DNA of 64,000 bases from a virus (lineage: Duplodnaviria; Caudoviricetes): positions 1 to 64,000 of the IMG/VR virus record IMGVR_UViG_3300012344_000018; one strand, 5' to 3'. Below the pieces are notes generated by a model that was not told the origin of the DNA, made no database searches, and saw only the letters and a list, made by a program, of their open reading frames with translations. Below, in pieces: positions 9,554-20,122 of the stretch. A program made the translations under genes and the position numbers. Every line of letters starts with the position of its first letter. The stretch's first letter is position 1.

Positions 9554-10122
9554 TAGAATTAAAATTAGATACTGAAACATGGAAAGTTATTCCAGGTTAT
9601 TCTAATTATAAGATTAGTAATTTAGGTAAAATAAAATCTATACCTCATAAAAGAAAAAATTCTTATGATAGATTTGCAGATAAAGAAGTTATTATGAGAA
9701 CTAAACTTTCTGGAGGTTATAAACAAGTAGAACTTATAGATGATAATAATAATCATAAATTACTTTATGTTCATAGACTTGTTGCTATTACTTTTATTCC
9801 TAATCCTAATAATTATCCTTGTGTAAATCATAAAGATGAAGATAAAGCTAATAATAATGTTGAAAATCTTGAATGGTGTTCTATTTCATATAATAATAAA
9901 TATGGTGATAGAGCTAAAAAAGTTGGAGAAAAGATTAGACGATATGTTTATCTATATGAAGTTAAAAATGACAATTTGTTATTTGTAGATACTTTTTATA
10001 TTTCTGATTGTTTTAAATACAATATAGGTATCAGACAAATATATTATTATATTGATACAAATCGTACTTTTAAATCTAAAGATAATAAACATTTTTATAA
10101 ACTTTATTCTAAAGCTATATGA
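9550..10122 (+). CDS. free-standing NUMOD4-HNH homing endonuclease
   Basis: WKVIPGY..Y.ISNLG.IKS (NUMOD4); VHRLVA..F, VNHKDEDKANN..NLEW (HNH). Confidence 0.85.
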   Translation: MIELKLDTETWKVIPGYSNYKISNLGKIKSIPHKRKNSYDRFADKEVIMRTKLSGGYKQVELIDDNNNHKLLYVHRLVAITFIPNPNNYPCVNHKDEDKANNNVENLEWCSISYNNKYGDRAKKVGEKIRRYVYLYEVKNDNLLFVDTFYISDCFKYNIGIRQIYYYIDTNRTFKSKDNKHFYKLYSKAI

Positions 10123-12398
10123 TTAAATCATTATCTTGTGATATTGAGATTTTTCCAAATCTTTTTAGTGCGACTTTTATTGATATTCAAGATTATCTTC
10201 GAGTATTTAAAGATTGTGGAGATAAACCTTTAACTGAATGTTTAACTGTAGCTGAAATTGAATCTAGACTTGAAACTGTTAAATCAGATATATTTTATAT
10301 AAGCGATACAGATGATTCTCAACTTCTTAAACTTGCTTCTTATATTAATAGTAAAGAAGCTTATTTTGATGAAGATGGTAATCCTGTTCGTTATGATGTA
10401 TATGGTTATAATAATCAAGCTTATGATGATATGATGTTTAAAGCTTTTATGATGTATTTTAATCGTTTTGATACTACTAAACAACTTATTGCTAAACTTA
10501 AAGAAATTAGTGATAAACTTATTAGTCTTCAAGATGATAAAGATGCCTTATGGAAAGATAGAGAACTTGATTTGATTCGTAAATATAAACTTCCTTGGGC
10601 TACTGTTGATTTGTTTAAAGTTTATGCTCTTAATTCTGCTGGTGTTAATATAGATAAAGATACTGGTGAAAGAAAGAAATTTGGTAAATCTCTTAAACAA
10701 GTTAGTATTAATCTTAAATGGCATAATCTTCTAGATTTTACTTTGCCTCCTATTGATGATGAAGAAGGTGATATATATAGGAAACAAGACCAATATCGTG
10801 GTATGACTAATGAACAACTTAATCATTTAATTACTAATGATTTTGACCGTTATATTCTTCCTAAATACATTAAACCTATGCTTCATTATAATAAGAATGA
10901 TGTATATTTGGTTTGTGAAGTTGCTAGACAAAAGCCTGATGAGATTAAACTTAGATATTCTTTAGGTGCTGCTTTTAATCTTAATCTTCTTTGTGCTGCT
11001 AGAAGTACTATAGCTGATAAACTTCTTAATAAGTTTTATGCTGAACGTAGTGGTTTACGAGTAGATGCTTTTAAAGATTTACGTACTAATAGAACTGCTC
11101 TTAGTTTTAAAAAAATAATATTTCCTCATATATGTTTTAAGACTAAACAACTTCAAGATTTACTTGAAGATATGAAGAAAGTTGTTATTTATAGAACTAA
11201 TAAAGATAGTTTTGTACGTGAAATTACATTTTATGGCACTACTTATACTTTGGCTACTGGTGGTATTCACACCCAAGATAGACCTGTAATTTTAAGTAGT
11301 ACTAAAGATTATGTTTATGTTCATCACGATTACACATCTTATTATCCGAGTATTATGATAAGTTATAAAGTAGTTCCCGAACATCTTAATAAAGAAGTTT
11401 TTGCTAAGATGGTTGACTATTTTAAACAAACTCGTGTTAAGTGTAAACACGCTAAAAAAGAAGATGGTTTCGTAATACCTGGTGTTCATAATAAACTTGC
11501 TGCTGAAGCTTTGAAGATTGTTATTAATGCAATTTATGGTAAATATGGATATGAAAACTTTTGGTTATATGATAGACTAGCTCAAATGAGAGTTACTATT
11601 AATGGTCAACTTATGACTATGACTCTTTGTGAAAGTCTTGAATTAGCTGGTATTCATGTTGTAAGTGCTAATACTGATGGTATTGTTATCAAACTTCCTT
11701 ATAATAAAATTGATATATATAATCAAATATGTAAGGAATGGAATGAAACTAATAAGATGTCTGCTGATGATGAACATTATAAGATACTTGTTAGTATGAA
11801 TGTTAATAATTATTTTGATATTCAAGAAGATGATACTATTGAGTATAAAGGTGCTCTTGACCCTAAGCAATATCTTAAAGATTTGAAGAAAGGTTATGAT
11901 ATGCCTATAGTTGCTAAAGCAGTCTTTGAATATTTTGCACATGGTATTTCTGTTATGGAAACACTTCGTAATCATAAAGACATTCTTGATTTTTGTAAAA
12001 CTCAAAATGTAGGTAAACAATTTAATGTTGTTTATCAACAAGTAGTAAATGGTAAAATTAATGATGTTCATAGTCAACGTCATGTTAGATTTTATGTTTC
12101 TAATAAAGGAGTTGTTATAATGAAAGAGAATGTTCATGATGGTAAACGTAGTGTTTTAGCTAGCGGAAAGCCAGTTATTATTCTTAATAAACTTGATGAT
12201 AAAGATATATCGCTTCGTAATATAGATTATAAATATTATTATGAAGAAGCTTATAAGATTATTAATCCTATTAAACTTGGTATTAGTCCAAATCAAAAAG
12301 GAGATAAGAATAAGAAAACTCTTAGCGGTAAAGCTCTTCTAAAGAAGAATTTTGGTTTATATAATAGTTTATTTGATAATGAAGAAATGGAACAATGA
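10119..12398 (+). CDS. polB: family B DNA polymerase
   Basis: Exo I DIE, YNN..YD, DYTSYYPS, KIVINAIYGK, NTDG motifs. Confidence 0.92.
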   Translation: MIKSLSCDIEIFPNLFSATFIDIQDYLRVFKDCGDKPLTECLTVAEIESRLETVKSDIFYISDTDDSQLLKLASYINSKEAYFDEDGNPVRYDVYGYNNQAYDDMMFKAFMMYFNRFDTTKQLIAKLKEISDKLISLQDDKDALWKDRELDLIRKYKLPWATVDLFKVYALNSAGVNIDKDTGERKKFGKSLKQVSINLKWHNLLDFTLPPIDDEEGDIYRKQDQYRGMTNEQLNHLITNDFDRYILPKYIKPMLHYNKNDVYLVCEVARQKPDEIKLRYSLGAAFNLNLLCAARSTIADKLLNKFYAERSGLRVDAFKDLRTNRTALSFKKIIFPHICFKTKQLQDLLEDMKKVVIYRTNKDSFVREITFYGTTYTLATGGIHTQDRPVILSSTKDYVYVHHDYTSYYPSIMISYKVVPEHLNKEVFAKMVDYFKQTRVKCKHAKKEDGFVIPGVHNKLAAEALKIVINAIYGKYGYENFWLYDRLAQMRVTINGQLMTMTLCESLELAGIHVVSANTDGIVIKLPYNKIDIYNQICKEWNETNKMSADDEHYKILVSMNVNNYFDIQEDDTIEYKGALDPKQYLKDLKKGYDMPIVAKAVFEYFAHGISVMETLRNHKDILDFCKTQNVGKQFNVVYQQVVNGKINDVHSQRHVRFYVSNKGVVIMKENVHDGKRSVLASGKPVIILNKLDDKDISLRNIDYKYYYEEAYKIINPIKLGISPNQKGDKNKKTLSGKALLKKNFGLYNSLFDNEEMEQ

Positions 12399-13798
12399 CT
12401 GAAGAAGAAAAAATTAATGAAGCTCTTGATACTTGGGCTTATAGAAAAGGTAAAGGTTCTTTTATGATGCCTTGTCCTTTAGATGCTATTAAGCCTATTT
12501 ATCTTGCTATTCCTAGATTACTTAATAAAAGTCCAACTTCTAATGTTGTTATAGTAGTTAATGACTTTAAGGATAAAGATACTATAAAAGATTATCTTAC
12601 TAAACAAGGTAATATTTATGATGGTATTTATCTTAGATTTATAAACAATGGACAAATTAAAGTTCTTAGTATAGATTGGATAATTGATAATATAAATCAA
12701 TATAGTCCTTCTCTTACTATAATTTATAGTCCTAATAGTTTTACTTTTGCACATCTAGGGTTATTGGATAAAAGTACTTTTAAACTTGTAATTCTAACTA
12801 AAGTTATAACTGATATTGATAATTATTATTCAGTTTGTCCTTTAATTAAAGAATTTAAGCAGAATGAAGTTGATAATATTCGTACTAACCCCCCCGTAGA
12901 AGAAACTAGGATTCCTATATCCATTAAAGATGATACTAAAGAAGCTAAGCTTCTTGATTATTATAACAATAATATTAGAACTGCTCTTAATATATTTGGT
13001 GGTCTTGAAAATCTAAAGAAAGCTATGACTGGTACTACTAATAATACTTCAGCTATAGCTTATTGTGATTATCTAGCTAGACTTAATGGTTGGAATGAAC
13101 ATTTAGATATGACTACTGAATATAATCAGCAAATAGATAAACTCTATAATCCTATTGCTATTCAAGAAAGTGCTAATACTTGTTATGATATGATTAGAAA
13201 GCGTAGTAAACTTATAGCTAATTATTCTTATAAAGTTAATGCTATTCTAGATATTATTGATAGTAATAAAGATAAGAAGATTTTAATTATTAATAAATAT
13301 GCTGATTTTGCTAATGAAATAAGAGATAATATAAATGAAGTTTATCAAAAGACTATATGTATGTCTTATCATGATAAACTAGAAAGTATTCCAGCTGTTG
13401 ATAAAGATGGAAATCCTGTATATTATAAAAGTGGAAGTAAGAAAGGTAAGCAAAAAACAATGGGTATAACCACTCAGAAGAAACTTGCTCAACAATTATT
13501 CAATATGAATAGAATCAATGTACTATCCGTTAGTAATGCTCCTGATAAAACATTATCTGTTGATATTGATATTGTTATAATTACTTCTAGTCTTTGCGAT
13601 GATATAAAATCATATCTTTATAGACTAGATAAAGTAAACTTTACTACACCTATTATATTATATAGTCTTTATTGTGAAAATACAATGGAAGAAAAGGCTA
13701 TTAATGATAAAGTTCTTTCAGATAATCATGTTATTGTTAATAAGACTACTAAAAGTGTTAAAGATGATAATAATTTTGATTATACTATTGTAGATTAA
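12395..13798 (+). CDS. SF2 helicase-like protein (motifs degenerate)
   Basis: 467 aa directly after polB; helicase-C-like C-terminus; no intact Walker A or DExH seen. Confidence 0.5.
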   Translation: MTEEEKINEALDTWAYRKGKGSFMMPCPLDAIKPIYLAIPRLLNKSPTSNVVIVVNDFKDKDTIKDYLTKQGNIYDGIYLRFINNGQIKVLSIDWIIDNINQYSPSLTIIYSPNSFTFAHLGLLDKSTFKLVILTKVITDIDNYYSVCPLIKEFKQNEVDNIRTNPPVEETRIPISIKDDTKEAKLLDYYNNNIRTALNIFGGLENLKKAMTGTTNNTSAIAYCDYLARLNGWNEHLDMTTEYNQQIDKLYNPIAIQESANTCYDMIRKRSKLIANYSYKVNAILDIIDSNKDKKILIINKYADFANEIRDNINEVYQKTICMSYHDKLESIPAVDKDGNPVYYKSGSKKGKQKTMGITTQKKLAQQLFNMNRINVLSVSNAPDKTLSVDIDIVIITSSLCDDIKSYLYRLDKVNFTTPIILYSLYCENTMEEKAINDKVLSDNHVIVNKTTKSVKDDNNFDYTIVD

Positions 13799-13809
13799 AA
13801 TAAAGTTCT

Positions 13810-13817
13810 TATCTTTG
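13810..13817 (+). promoter_or_regulatory. Bacteroidota -7 promoter element
   Basis: TATCTTTG about 45 nt before the ATG at 13862. Confidence 0.55.
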
Positions 13818-13861
13818 CAACAGAAATAAGAAATAAACTTATTAATGCTCTTTGAAATGTA

Positions 13862-14785
13862 ATGAATAAAGAAAATGAAACTAAAGACAATCGTACAATG
13901 ATTGTTAGACATGATGAAGTTAATACTGCTCTTGCTAATGTTAATCTTCTTGATGAAAAAGGTATTGCTCAGGCTGAGTTCTTTCTAAAGAAGATTCTTA
14001 CAAGTGATAAAAGTGGTCTTAAAAGTGTTCAAGATGGTTTAGCCATAATGATGAGAGCTAAAGACCTTAACTTGCCTTTTAGTACTTGTATAGAACATAT
14101 TCATGTTATAAATGGTAAGACTGGTGTTGATGTTCATATAGTTAAAGCGTTATTACTGAGGGCAGGTATAGTCTGGAATTGTACTAAAGATTATGTACCT
14201 CAGTATCAATATACTGACGGTAATACGATTTATCTAGAATCACAACTTCCTGATTATGTTGTTAGATGTCGAAATTCTAAAGAAGCAGAAGAAAAGACAA
14301 ATGATGATGTAGTAGGTGTTTATCCTCTTAAATATTATGCAGATTTAAAAGGTAACAAATATAACGAATTTGAGATTAATTCTCAATGTGTTAAATGTAT
14401 CAATAGAATACAAGCTATGAAGGTTGCTCAAGAAGGGAAATTTCCTATTATTAGAATTGCAGCTCAACCTATAGATTTTGTTACTGAATATGAATTTACT
14501 CGATATAAGAATATAAACGGTAAAGTTGTAGAAATGACAGCTAAAAGTCATTTTTCTTATAGCGAAGCTAATGCTGCTGGTCTATTTGAAAAAGATACTT
14601 ATAAGAAATATTCTAGAATACTTATTAGTCATAGAGCTTTTGCTTATGGTGCTAGAGATATAGCTAGTGATTATCTTATGGGTGTTATGACTGATGATGA
14701 AATTATGGAAGTTATCGGAAATACTAATCTTGATTCCGATGATTTTATAAATGTTGAACCTGTTGATGGTTCTAATCAAGATTAA
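13862..14785 (+). CDS. RecT-like single-strand annealing protein
   Basis: IHVINGK, FSYSEA..AGL..K..Y.KY.R....HRA pattern; acidic tail. Confidence 0.6.
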   Translation: MNKENETKDNRTMIVRHDEVNTALANVNLLDEKGIAQAEFFLKKILTSDKSGLKSVQDGLAIMMRAKDLNLPFSTCIEHIHVINGKTGVDVHIVKALLLRAGIVWNCTKDYVPQYQYTDGNTIYLESQLPDYVVRCRNSKEAEEKTNDDVVGVYPLKYYADLKGNKYNEFEINSQCVKCINRIQAMKVAQEGKFPIIRIAAQPIDFVTEYEFTRYKNINGKVVEMTAKSHFSYSEANAAGLFEKDTYKKYSRILISHRAFAYGARDIASDYLMGVMTDDEIMEVIGNTNLDSDDFINVEPVDGSNQD

Positions 14786-14846
14786 ACTAAACCTCATAAT
14801 GAGGTAACAATTAATAATATTATTAACAATTTAAATTTTAAAGATT

Positions 14847-15668
14847 ATGAAATTAGGTAATGTATCATTTGGTTTGGGTTCTTTGAGTGTTGTAAATAGC
14901 GGTGCTAAGGTAGTTGCTAATGCTGAGCCACAGCTTATTGCTCTTTCTACAAAGGGTGGTTTTGCTATTACTCCAGCTGTATCTAAGGCTCTTGTTCTTG
15001 CTAGTGGTGACAATATTATGTTCGTAAACAATATTGCTTGGGCTGAGAATGCTATTGCAACTCGTGACGAGCAAGTTGTTGCTCTTGCACAAGAAAATAA
15101 CCTCGACCTTGATAATGAAGTTGATGCTCAGACTTTGCTTAACGGTATTACTCGTTGGTTCATTGCAAAGGCATATATGAAGAAGACTAAGACTGGTGCT
15201 CCAGTTATGGCTTCTGTTCGTTTGAATGCTGAGGAGAAGAAGGCTTTGCTTGATGCTCAGATTGATAGTCTTGTAGCTGACAATCGTGAAGCTCTTATTG
15301 AGAAGTTCGGTCTTGCTGAGGACGCTTCTGATGATGAGATTAAGTCTCATGTTACAGTTGATGATATTGCTACTCCTGAGACTGAGGCTTATGTAGGTGC
15401 CAAGCTTGCTTCTAACAACAATGTTCCTGGTGTAGGTTTGAAGTTGTCTTTCTCTGATACTTCTACTTGGGAGCAACTTAAGTCTGACCTTGAGGATAAG
15501 ACTTCTGTTAAGCGTGTATTTGCTATTGATGTTAAGAATCCAGTTGTAACCAAGATGAATGACGGTTATGAGGATATTGAAGTTGCTCTTTATCCTGTAG
15601 GTGATTATGAGGATGAGAAGCCTACTCGTATTGCTAAGAAGGATGCTGATGCAGCTTCAGCTGAGTAA
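14847..15668 (+). CDS. probably abundant replication-module protein, function unknown
   Basis: 273 aa with high-expression codon usage (AAG, GAG, AAC, CGT); has its own terminator. Confidence 0.75.
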   Translation: MKLGNVSFGLGSLSVVNSGAKVVANAEPQLIALSTKGGFAITPAVSKALVLASGDNIMFVNNIAWAENAIATRDEQVVALAQENNLDLDNEVDAQTLLNGITRWFIAKAYMKKTKTGAPVMASVRLNAEEKKALLDAQIDSLVADNREALIEKFGLAEDASDDEIKSHVTVDDIATPETEAYVGAKLASNNNVPGVGLKLSFSDTSTWEQLKSDLEDKTSVKRVFAIDVKNPVVTKMNDGYEDIEVALYPVGDYEDEKPTRIAKKDADAASAE

Positions 15669-15692
15669 GCATTAATAAGTAATCTTATTTAT

Positions 15693-15724
15693 AAGGGAAC
15701 TGATTAGTTTCAGTTCCCTTTTTT
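15693..15724 (+). terminator. intrinsic terminator
   Basis: aagggaactga/tcagttccctt plus T run. Confidence 0.8.
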
Positions 15725-15761
15725 AAACTCAATTTATAAATAATAAAAACTTAATTAAGTT

Positions 15762-16730
15762 ATGACAGATGTAAAAGAAGGTGCAGCAGTAGTTGCAAAT
15801 GGTGCTGCAAAGAAAGTTAATCGTAGAGGTATTAATAACAATCGTCACGCAGTTAATCGTCTTAAATTTCATGAGAAAGATGCTGCTAGTAACGCTTTGT
15901 TTGTAGGACATCTTGATAGTGTTTCTGTAGAATGGAGTGTTAATGCTGAAGCTAAAGCTTTTACTGGTCTTAAAGTTCCTCGTCTTGTATTTACTTTTGC
16001 TAGTAATCATGCTAAGGAAGGTGAAAGACGTTATGTTACTAAGATATTGTTCCCAGTAGAAAGTAATGTTGATACTATTCCTGATGGTAAAGAAGCTTGG
16101 CAAGTAGATAATGTTCTTAATTGGGCAAAACATATTCTTGATGTTTTCTATCTTAAAGGTCGTGAAATGACTCTTGAAGAAGAAGATGCTCTTACTCTTA
16201 CGTTTGAGGATTTCACAGAAGATGAGAATGGTCAAATTCAATATGTAGCACTTGAACCACAAGATGTAGTTGATGGCTATCGTCATGTATTTGAAAATGT
16301 TGCTGCTATGCTTAATGGCTCATTTGGTCTTAAAGATGGTGAGATTGCTAAACCTTGTTATAAAGATGCGAATGGCAATTTCATTCCTTGTTGGATTAAG
16401 CTTCTTCGTGCAGTTCGTAATCGTAAAGGCGAGTGGGTTAATGTAGATAAAGGTGGCGAATTATCTTTTACTGGCTTTGTAGGTAGTGGTGCTATTGAAG
16501 TTGTTAAAGGTCAAAATCCTCCAACTATTCTTCGTGTTGATGCTGCTAAGGAATCTATTACTCCAAAGCAAGTTAATAAAGCTCCTTCTGTAGGTATTCC
16601 TCAGATGCCTGGTATGGGTGCTGGCATGGCTATTCCTAGTGGTGGTGTCCCAAATATGGGTGGTATGCCTGAAGTTCCTCAAGCAGATAATGCTGCTTTT
16701 GCTGGTGCTGGTACTGACCTTCCTTTCTAA
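15762..16730 (+). CDS. ssb: single-stranded DNA-binding protein
   Basis: Pro/Gly-rich linker and C-terminal DLPF tail; immediately upstream of primase. Confidence 0.65.
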   Translation: MTDVKEGAAVVANGAAKKVNRRGINNNRHAVNRLKFHEKDAASNALFVGHLDSVSVEWSVNAEAKAFTGLKVPRLVFTFASNHAKEGERRYVTKILFPVESNVDTIPDGKEAWQVDNVLNWAKHILDVFYLKGREMTLEEEDALTLTFEDFTEDENGQIQYVALEPQDVVDGYRHVFENVAAMLNGSFGLKDGEIAKPCYKDANGNFIPCWIKLLRAVRNRKGEWVNVDKGGELSFTGFVGSGAIEVVKGQNPPTILRVDAAKESITPKQVNKAPSVGIPQMPGMGAGMAIPSGGVPNMGGMPEVPQADNAAFAGAGTDLPF

Positions 16731-16790
16731 GATGTAATTAATCATTCTTAGATTGATTCTACTAATAGGTTCTACGATTTTAATTGTTCT

Positions 16791-16826
16791 AGGGATAATG
16801 CGAGTAATCGTGTTATCCCTTTTTCT
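16791..16826 (+). terminator. intrinsic terminator
   Basis: agggataatgcga-gtaa-tcgtgttatccct plus T run. Confidence 0.75.
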
Positions 16827-16835
16827 TTTGTAAAT

Positions 16836-18065
16836 ATGAAACGTAATATTAATACTACTCAACTTACTAAGGCTTTTATTGAATCTCGTATAAGTCAAGA
16901 AGATATTGTAAGCAAATATCTAAATATTCCTATTGAAACTGTTCGTAATTGTATTGAACATAACAATCTTATCAAGTCTGTATTTAGAGATGATGATACT
17001 GATGGAAGTATGGGTATAACTTATAATAAAAGAGGAAGACTTAAAGTTAGAGATTTTGGAGGTTTTGGTTTCTTTGAAGATGTATATGGAGTTGTAGCTT
17101 ATGTTCTTAGTATTGCATATGAACGACCTATTAGTACTGATAATAAACAAGATTTCTATTTTGTACTAAAACATATTTATAGAACATTTGCAGATGTAAT
17201 TGATAATCATGAACATGATTATTATGTAGATGATGAAATAAAGAATGCTTTAGTTAAAACTAGAAATCGTAAAGCTATTATTGAACTTGTTCCACGTTCA
17301 TGGAATAAGGATGATAAAAGAATATGGGATAAATGGAATGTAAATTTAGCTTATCTTAATACTCATTTTGTAATTCCAGTTGACCAATACTATATTAATA
17401 GAAGTTCTAATCCTGAACCTAAATATAGATATACTAGTAAAGACCCTTGTTATGCTTATATGCTTGGACAAAATCGTCAAGGTATTTATCTAATTAAACT
17501 ATATTTTCCTCTTAGGAATAGGCATATTGATTTAAAGTTTATTACTAATTGTAATGTACTTGAAGGTCTTCCTAATCTTGAACTAGATGATTATGACTAT
17601 ATTATTATTACTAAAAGTAGTAAAGATAGACTTAGCTTAGGAAGTCATTTAGCAAATAAACCTCTTTACGGGGGGGCTGGTAAACTTCTTAAAATAGGAG
17701 TTATTAATTTACCTAGTGAAAATTATAGACTTAAAGCTAATGAATATGAATGGATAAAGAGAAAACTTGCTGATGATGGAATGATACTTAGTTTTCTAGA
17801 CTTTGATAGAACTGGTCGTGAAGGTGCTGAATATCTTCTTGAAACTTATTGTATTCCTTATTTATTTATTACTCGTGGAGAATTTGGTCTAGAAGATTAT
17901 GGTTGTAAAGATTTTGCTGATTTGCATGACAAATATTCTAATTCTCAAATAGATGATTTTATTAAAGATACTCTAAGATATGTCGAAGTTAGATACAAAA
18001 ACTCAGAAGTATGTAATTCCGATGCCTATTTCAAAAGATTATCGGACTTTGATTTGCCGTACTGA
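16836..18065 (+). CDS. DnaG-family primase
   Basis: S.FR.D, ITKSSKD, TOPRIM-like DFDRTG and KDFAD. Confidence 0.8.
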   Translation: MKRNINTTQLTKAFIESRISQEDIVSKYLNIPIETVRNCIEHNNLIKSVFRDDDTDGSMGITYNKRGRLKVRDFGGFGFFEDVYGVVAYVLSIAYERPISTDNKQDFYFVLKHIYRTFADVIDNHEHDYYVDDEIKNALVKTRNRKAIIELVPRSWNKDDKRIWDKWNVNLAYLNTHFVIPVDQYYINRSSNPEPKYRYTSKDPCYAYMLGQNRQGIYLIKLYFPLRNRHIDLKFITNCNVLEGLPNLELDDYDYIIITKSSKDRLSLGSHLANKPLYGGAGKLLKIGVINLPSENYRLKANEYEWIKRKLADDGMILSFLDFDRTGREGAEYLLETYCIPYLFITRGEFGLEDYGCKDFADLHDKYSNSQIDDFIKDTLRYVEVRYKNSEVCNSDAYFKRLSDFDLPY

Positions 18066-18444
18066 AAAAGGTGGAGTTGATGTTGTAATGACATATATAA
18101 CTGATAAAGAAGAAGATAAGCTTGATAAAGGTTTGTCTTTTACTATGGTTAGAGGAGATAAGAAATTTAAAGTTGATACTTATAGAACTAATGTCATTTG
18201 TTATGGTAAAATTGATTTTACTAGAAATAGTGATGATTATTGTCAACTTGAAGAGCTTATTAAATTTAATAATATAGTTCATATTCCAATAGACTATGAT
18301 TTAGAAACTCATTGTTGTTATAGTCCTATTAGAAGATATAGAACTTGTGAATGTAGTAATATAGCTGAAATATGTCATTATAATTATGGTGTTTTAGGTA
18401 AACCTGAAAAAGTTATTATATTTAAAACTACTCAACATGATTGA
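17980..18444 (+). CDS. hypothetical protein
   Basis: ORF overlapping the primase 3' end; start uncertain. Confidence 0.6.
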   Translation: MSKLDTKTQKYVIPMPISKDYRTLICRTEKGGVDVVMTYITDKEEDKLDKGLSFTMVRGDKKFKVDTYRTNVICYGKIDFTRNSDDYCQLEELIKFNNIVHIPIDYDLETHCCYSPIRRYRTCECSNIAEICHYNYGVLGKPEKVIIFKTTQHD

Positions 18445-18925
18445 ATTTCCTATTCCTAAGAAATATACTATGGAACTAGACAATATAGATAAAAAGTTTT
18501 GTAGTAATAATCTTGCTAGTCTTGGACTTGAAGGAGCTATAGAAAGTCAATTTAAGCATTTGGATTGTTCTAGAGTTAAAGACGGTCTTAGACTTATGCA
18601 AACTATAGGTGTACCTTATCAGTATGAAATGTCTAAACTTGCATATATACTTTATACTTATATTGGAGAAGATGAAGAGGACAAACTTAAAGTTTATTTA
18701 GATAGACTTGTTAAACTTCATAAAGCTAATCTTGATTATGAAGTTGATAATCCTCCAATTATTTACGATAAAAGTAAAAAAGTAAAGAATGCTCGTACTA
18801 CTCGTAAGAAAGTAAAAGAAGGAACTCTTGAAGGTTTTGAAAAACCTAAGAAAGAGACTTCTAAAGGCTTAAATGCTAATATTAGAGCTGCTATTTTAGG
18901 TAACATTAAACTTAACGTAAAATGA
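18437..18925 (+). CDS. hypothetical protein
   Basis: 162 aa, basic C-terminus. Confidence 0.7.
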   Translation: MIEFPIPKKYTMELDNIDKKFCSNNLASLGLEGAIESQFKHLDCSRVKDGLRLMQTIGVPYQYEMSKLAYILYTYIGEDEEDKLKVYLDRLVKLHKANLDYEVDNPPIIYDKSKKVKNARTTRKKVKEGTLEGFEKPKKETSKGLNANIRAAILGNIKLNVK

Positions 18926-20121
18926 TACTTTATAAAAGAAATGCTAAAGGTGAACCTTTAGTTTGGAGTATTGGTACAACACCTGACGGTAATATAGTTG
19001 TTGATTATGGAGCTGTTGCTGGTAATATTCATAGCGAAGTACTTAATAAAAAACTAGTCAAAGCTAATGAAATAGAAAGTAGAATTAAAGCCAAACGTAA
19101 AGAAGGTTACAAAAAATTATCTGAACTTAAAGATAATGGACCTGACCATATTGATGGTGGTAATTTTGCTCTTCTTAATTATCTTAATACTTATCTTCCA
19201 AAGAATAATACTACTAGTGATGGATTCGTACTTCCAATGCTTGCTAAAGTTCTCAAAGATAATAAACCTTTTACTAAAGGACATTTTATAGGTCAATGGA
19301 AAATCAATGGAGTTAGATGTATAATAGGTGCTGAACAAGGTATTGATATATTTACTCCAATTAGACTTCGATATTGGTCTAGAGAAGGAACTGAATGGAC
19401 TGATAAACTTTATTGGATGGATAGTATTATTCTTCCTTGTATTAAAGAAGAACTTCTTGATGCTATGCTTGAAGAAGGTGCTTGTCTTGATGGTGAACTT
19501 TATATTCCTGGACAAACTGTAAATAACATTAATAGTTTTGTTAAGAATGATAAGCTACCTCAACATCAACTTCTACAATATTGGTGTTATGATGTTCTTA
19601 TTAATAATATGAGTTATGCTACTCGTAGTGAATTTAGAAGAAATAACATTAATAGAATATGTTATGATTTTACTGACACTATTCAACATCTTAATAACAA
19701 AAGTCAATTTGTTCTTCTTCCTGATGTAAATATTGATTCTTTTGATACTGCTACTAGATATAGAGATAAGTTTATTAGTCTTGGTTTTGAAGGTCTTATT
19801 ATAAGAGATACTTCTGCTGAATATCAATTTGGTAAACGAAACTCTGCTATGTTTAAGTATAAAAGAATTGATGATGGTAAGTTTAAAGTTATTGATATTG
19901 TTCCTGAAGGAGTTCGTAAAGAACTTTGTAAACTAGTTCTTCAGAATGATATTAATGATAAAACATTTGAATGTACTATTAATGCTAGTCATGCTTATCA
20001 AACTTATATTCTTCTAAATAAAGACAAATATATTGGCAAGTATGCAACTGTAGAATTTCGTGAAAGAAGTGGAGTTAATCAAGTTCCATTTCATGCTAAA
20101 GCTTTAATTATTAATATATAA
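18922..20121 (+). CDS. lig: ATP-dependent DNA ligase
   Basis: PMLA, KINGVR (motif I), LDGELY, EGLIIR, KYK. Confidence 0.9.
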   Translation: MILYKRNAKGEPLVWSIGTTPDGNIVVDYGAVAGNIHSEVLNKKLVKANEIESRIKAKRKEGYKKLSELKDNGPDHIDGGNFALLNYLNTYLPKNNTTSDGFVLPMLAKVLKDNKPFTKGHFIGQWKINGVRCIIGAEQGIDIFTPIRLRYWSREGTEWTDKLYWMDSIILPCIKEELLDAMLEEGACLDGELYIPGQTVNNINSFVKNDKLPQHQLLQYWCYDVLINNMSYATRSEFRRNNINRICYDFTDTIQHLNNKSQFVLLPDVNIDSFDTATRYRDKFISLGFEGLIIRDTSAEYQFGKRNSAMFKYKRIDDGKFKVIDIVPEGVRKELCKLVLQNDINDKTFECTINASHAYQTYILLNKDKYIGKYATVEFRERSGVNQVPFHAKALIINI

Positions 20122-20122
20122 T

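Noticed and set aside
16731-16790. AATTAATC after ssb as a fifth full fixed-spacing element
   Set aside because: The downstream box is absent at +29; only the core matches
10119-20121. Inteins or introns in polB, primase or ligase
   Set aside because: Lengths are normal and motifs contiguous; no intein termini seen
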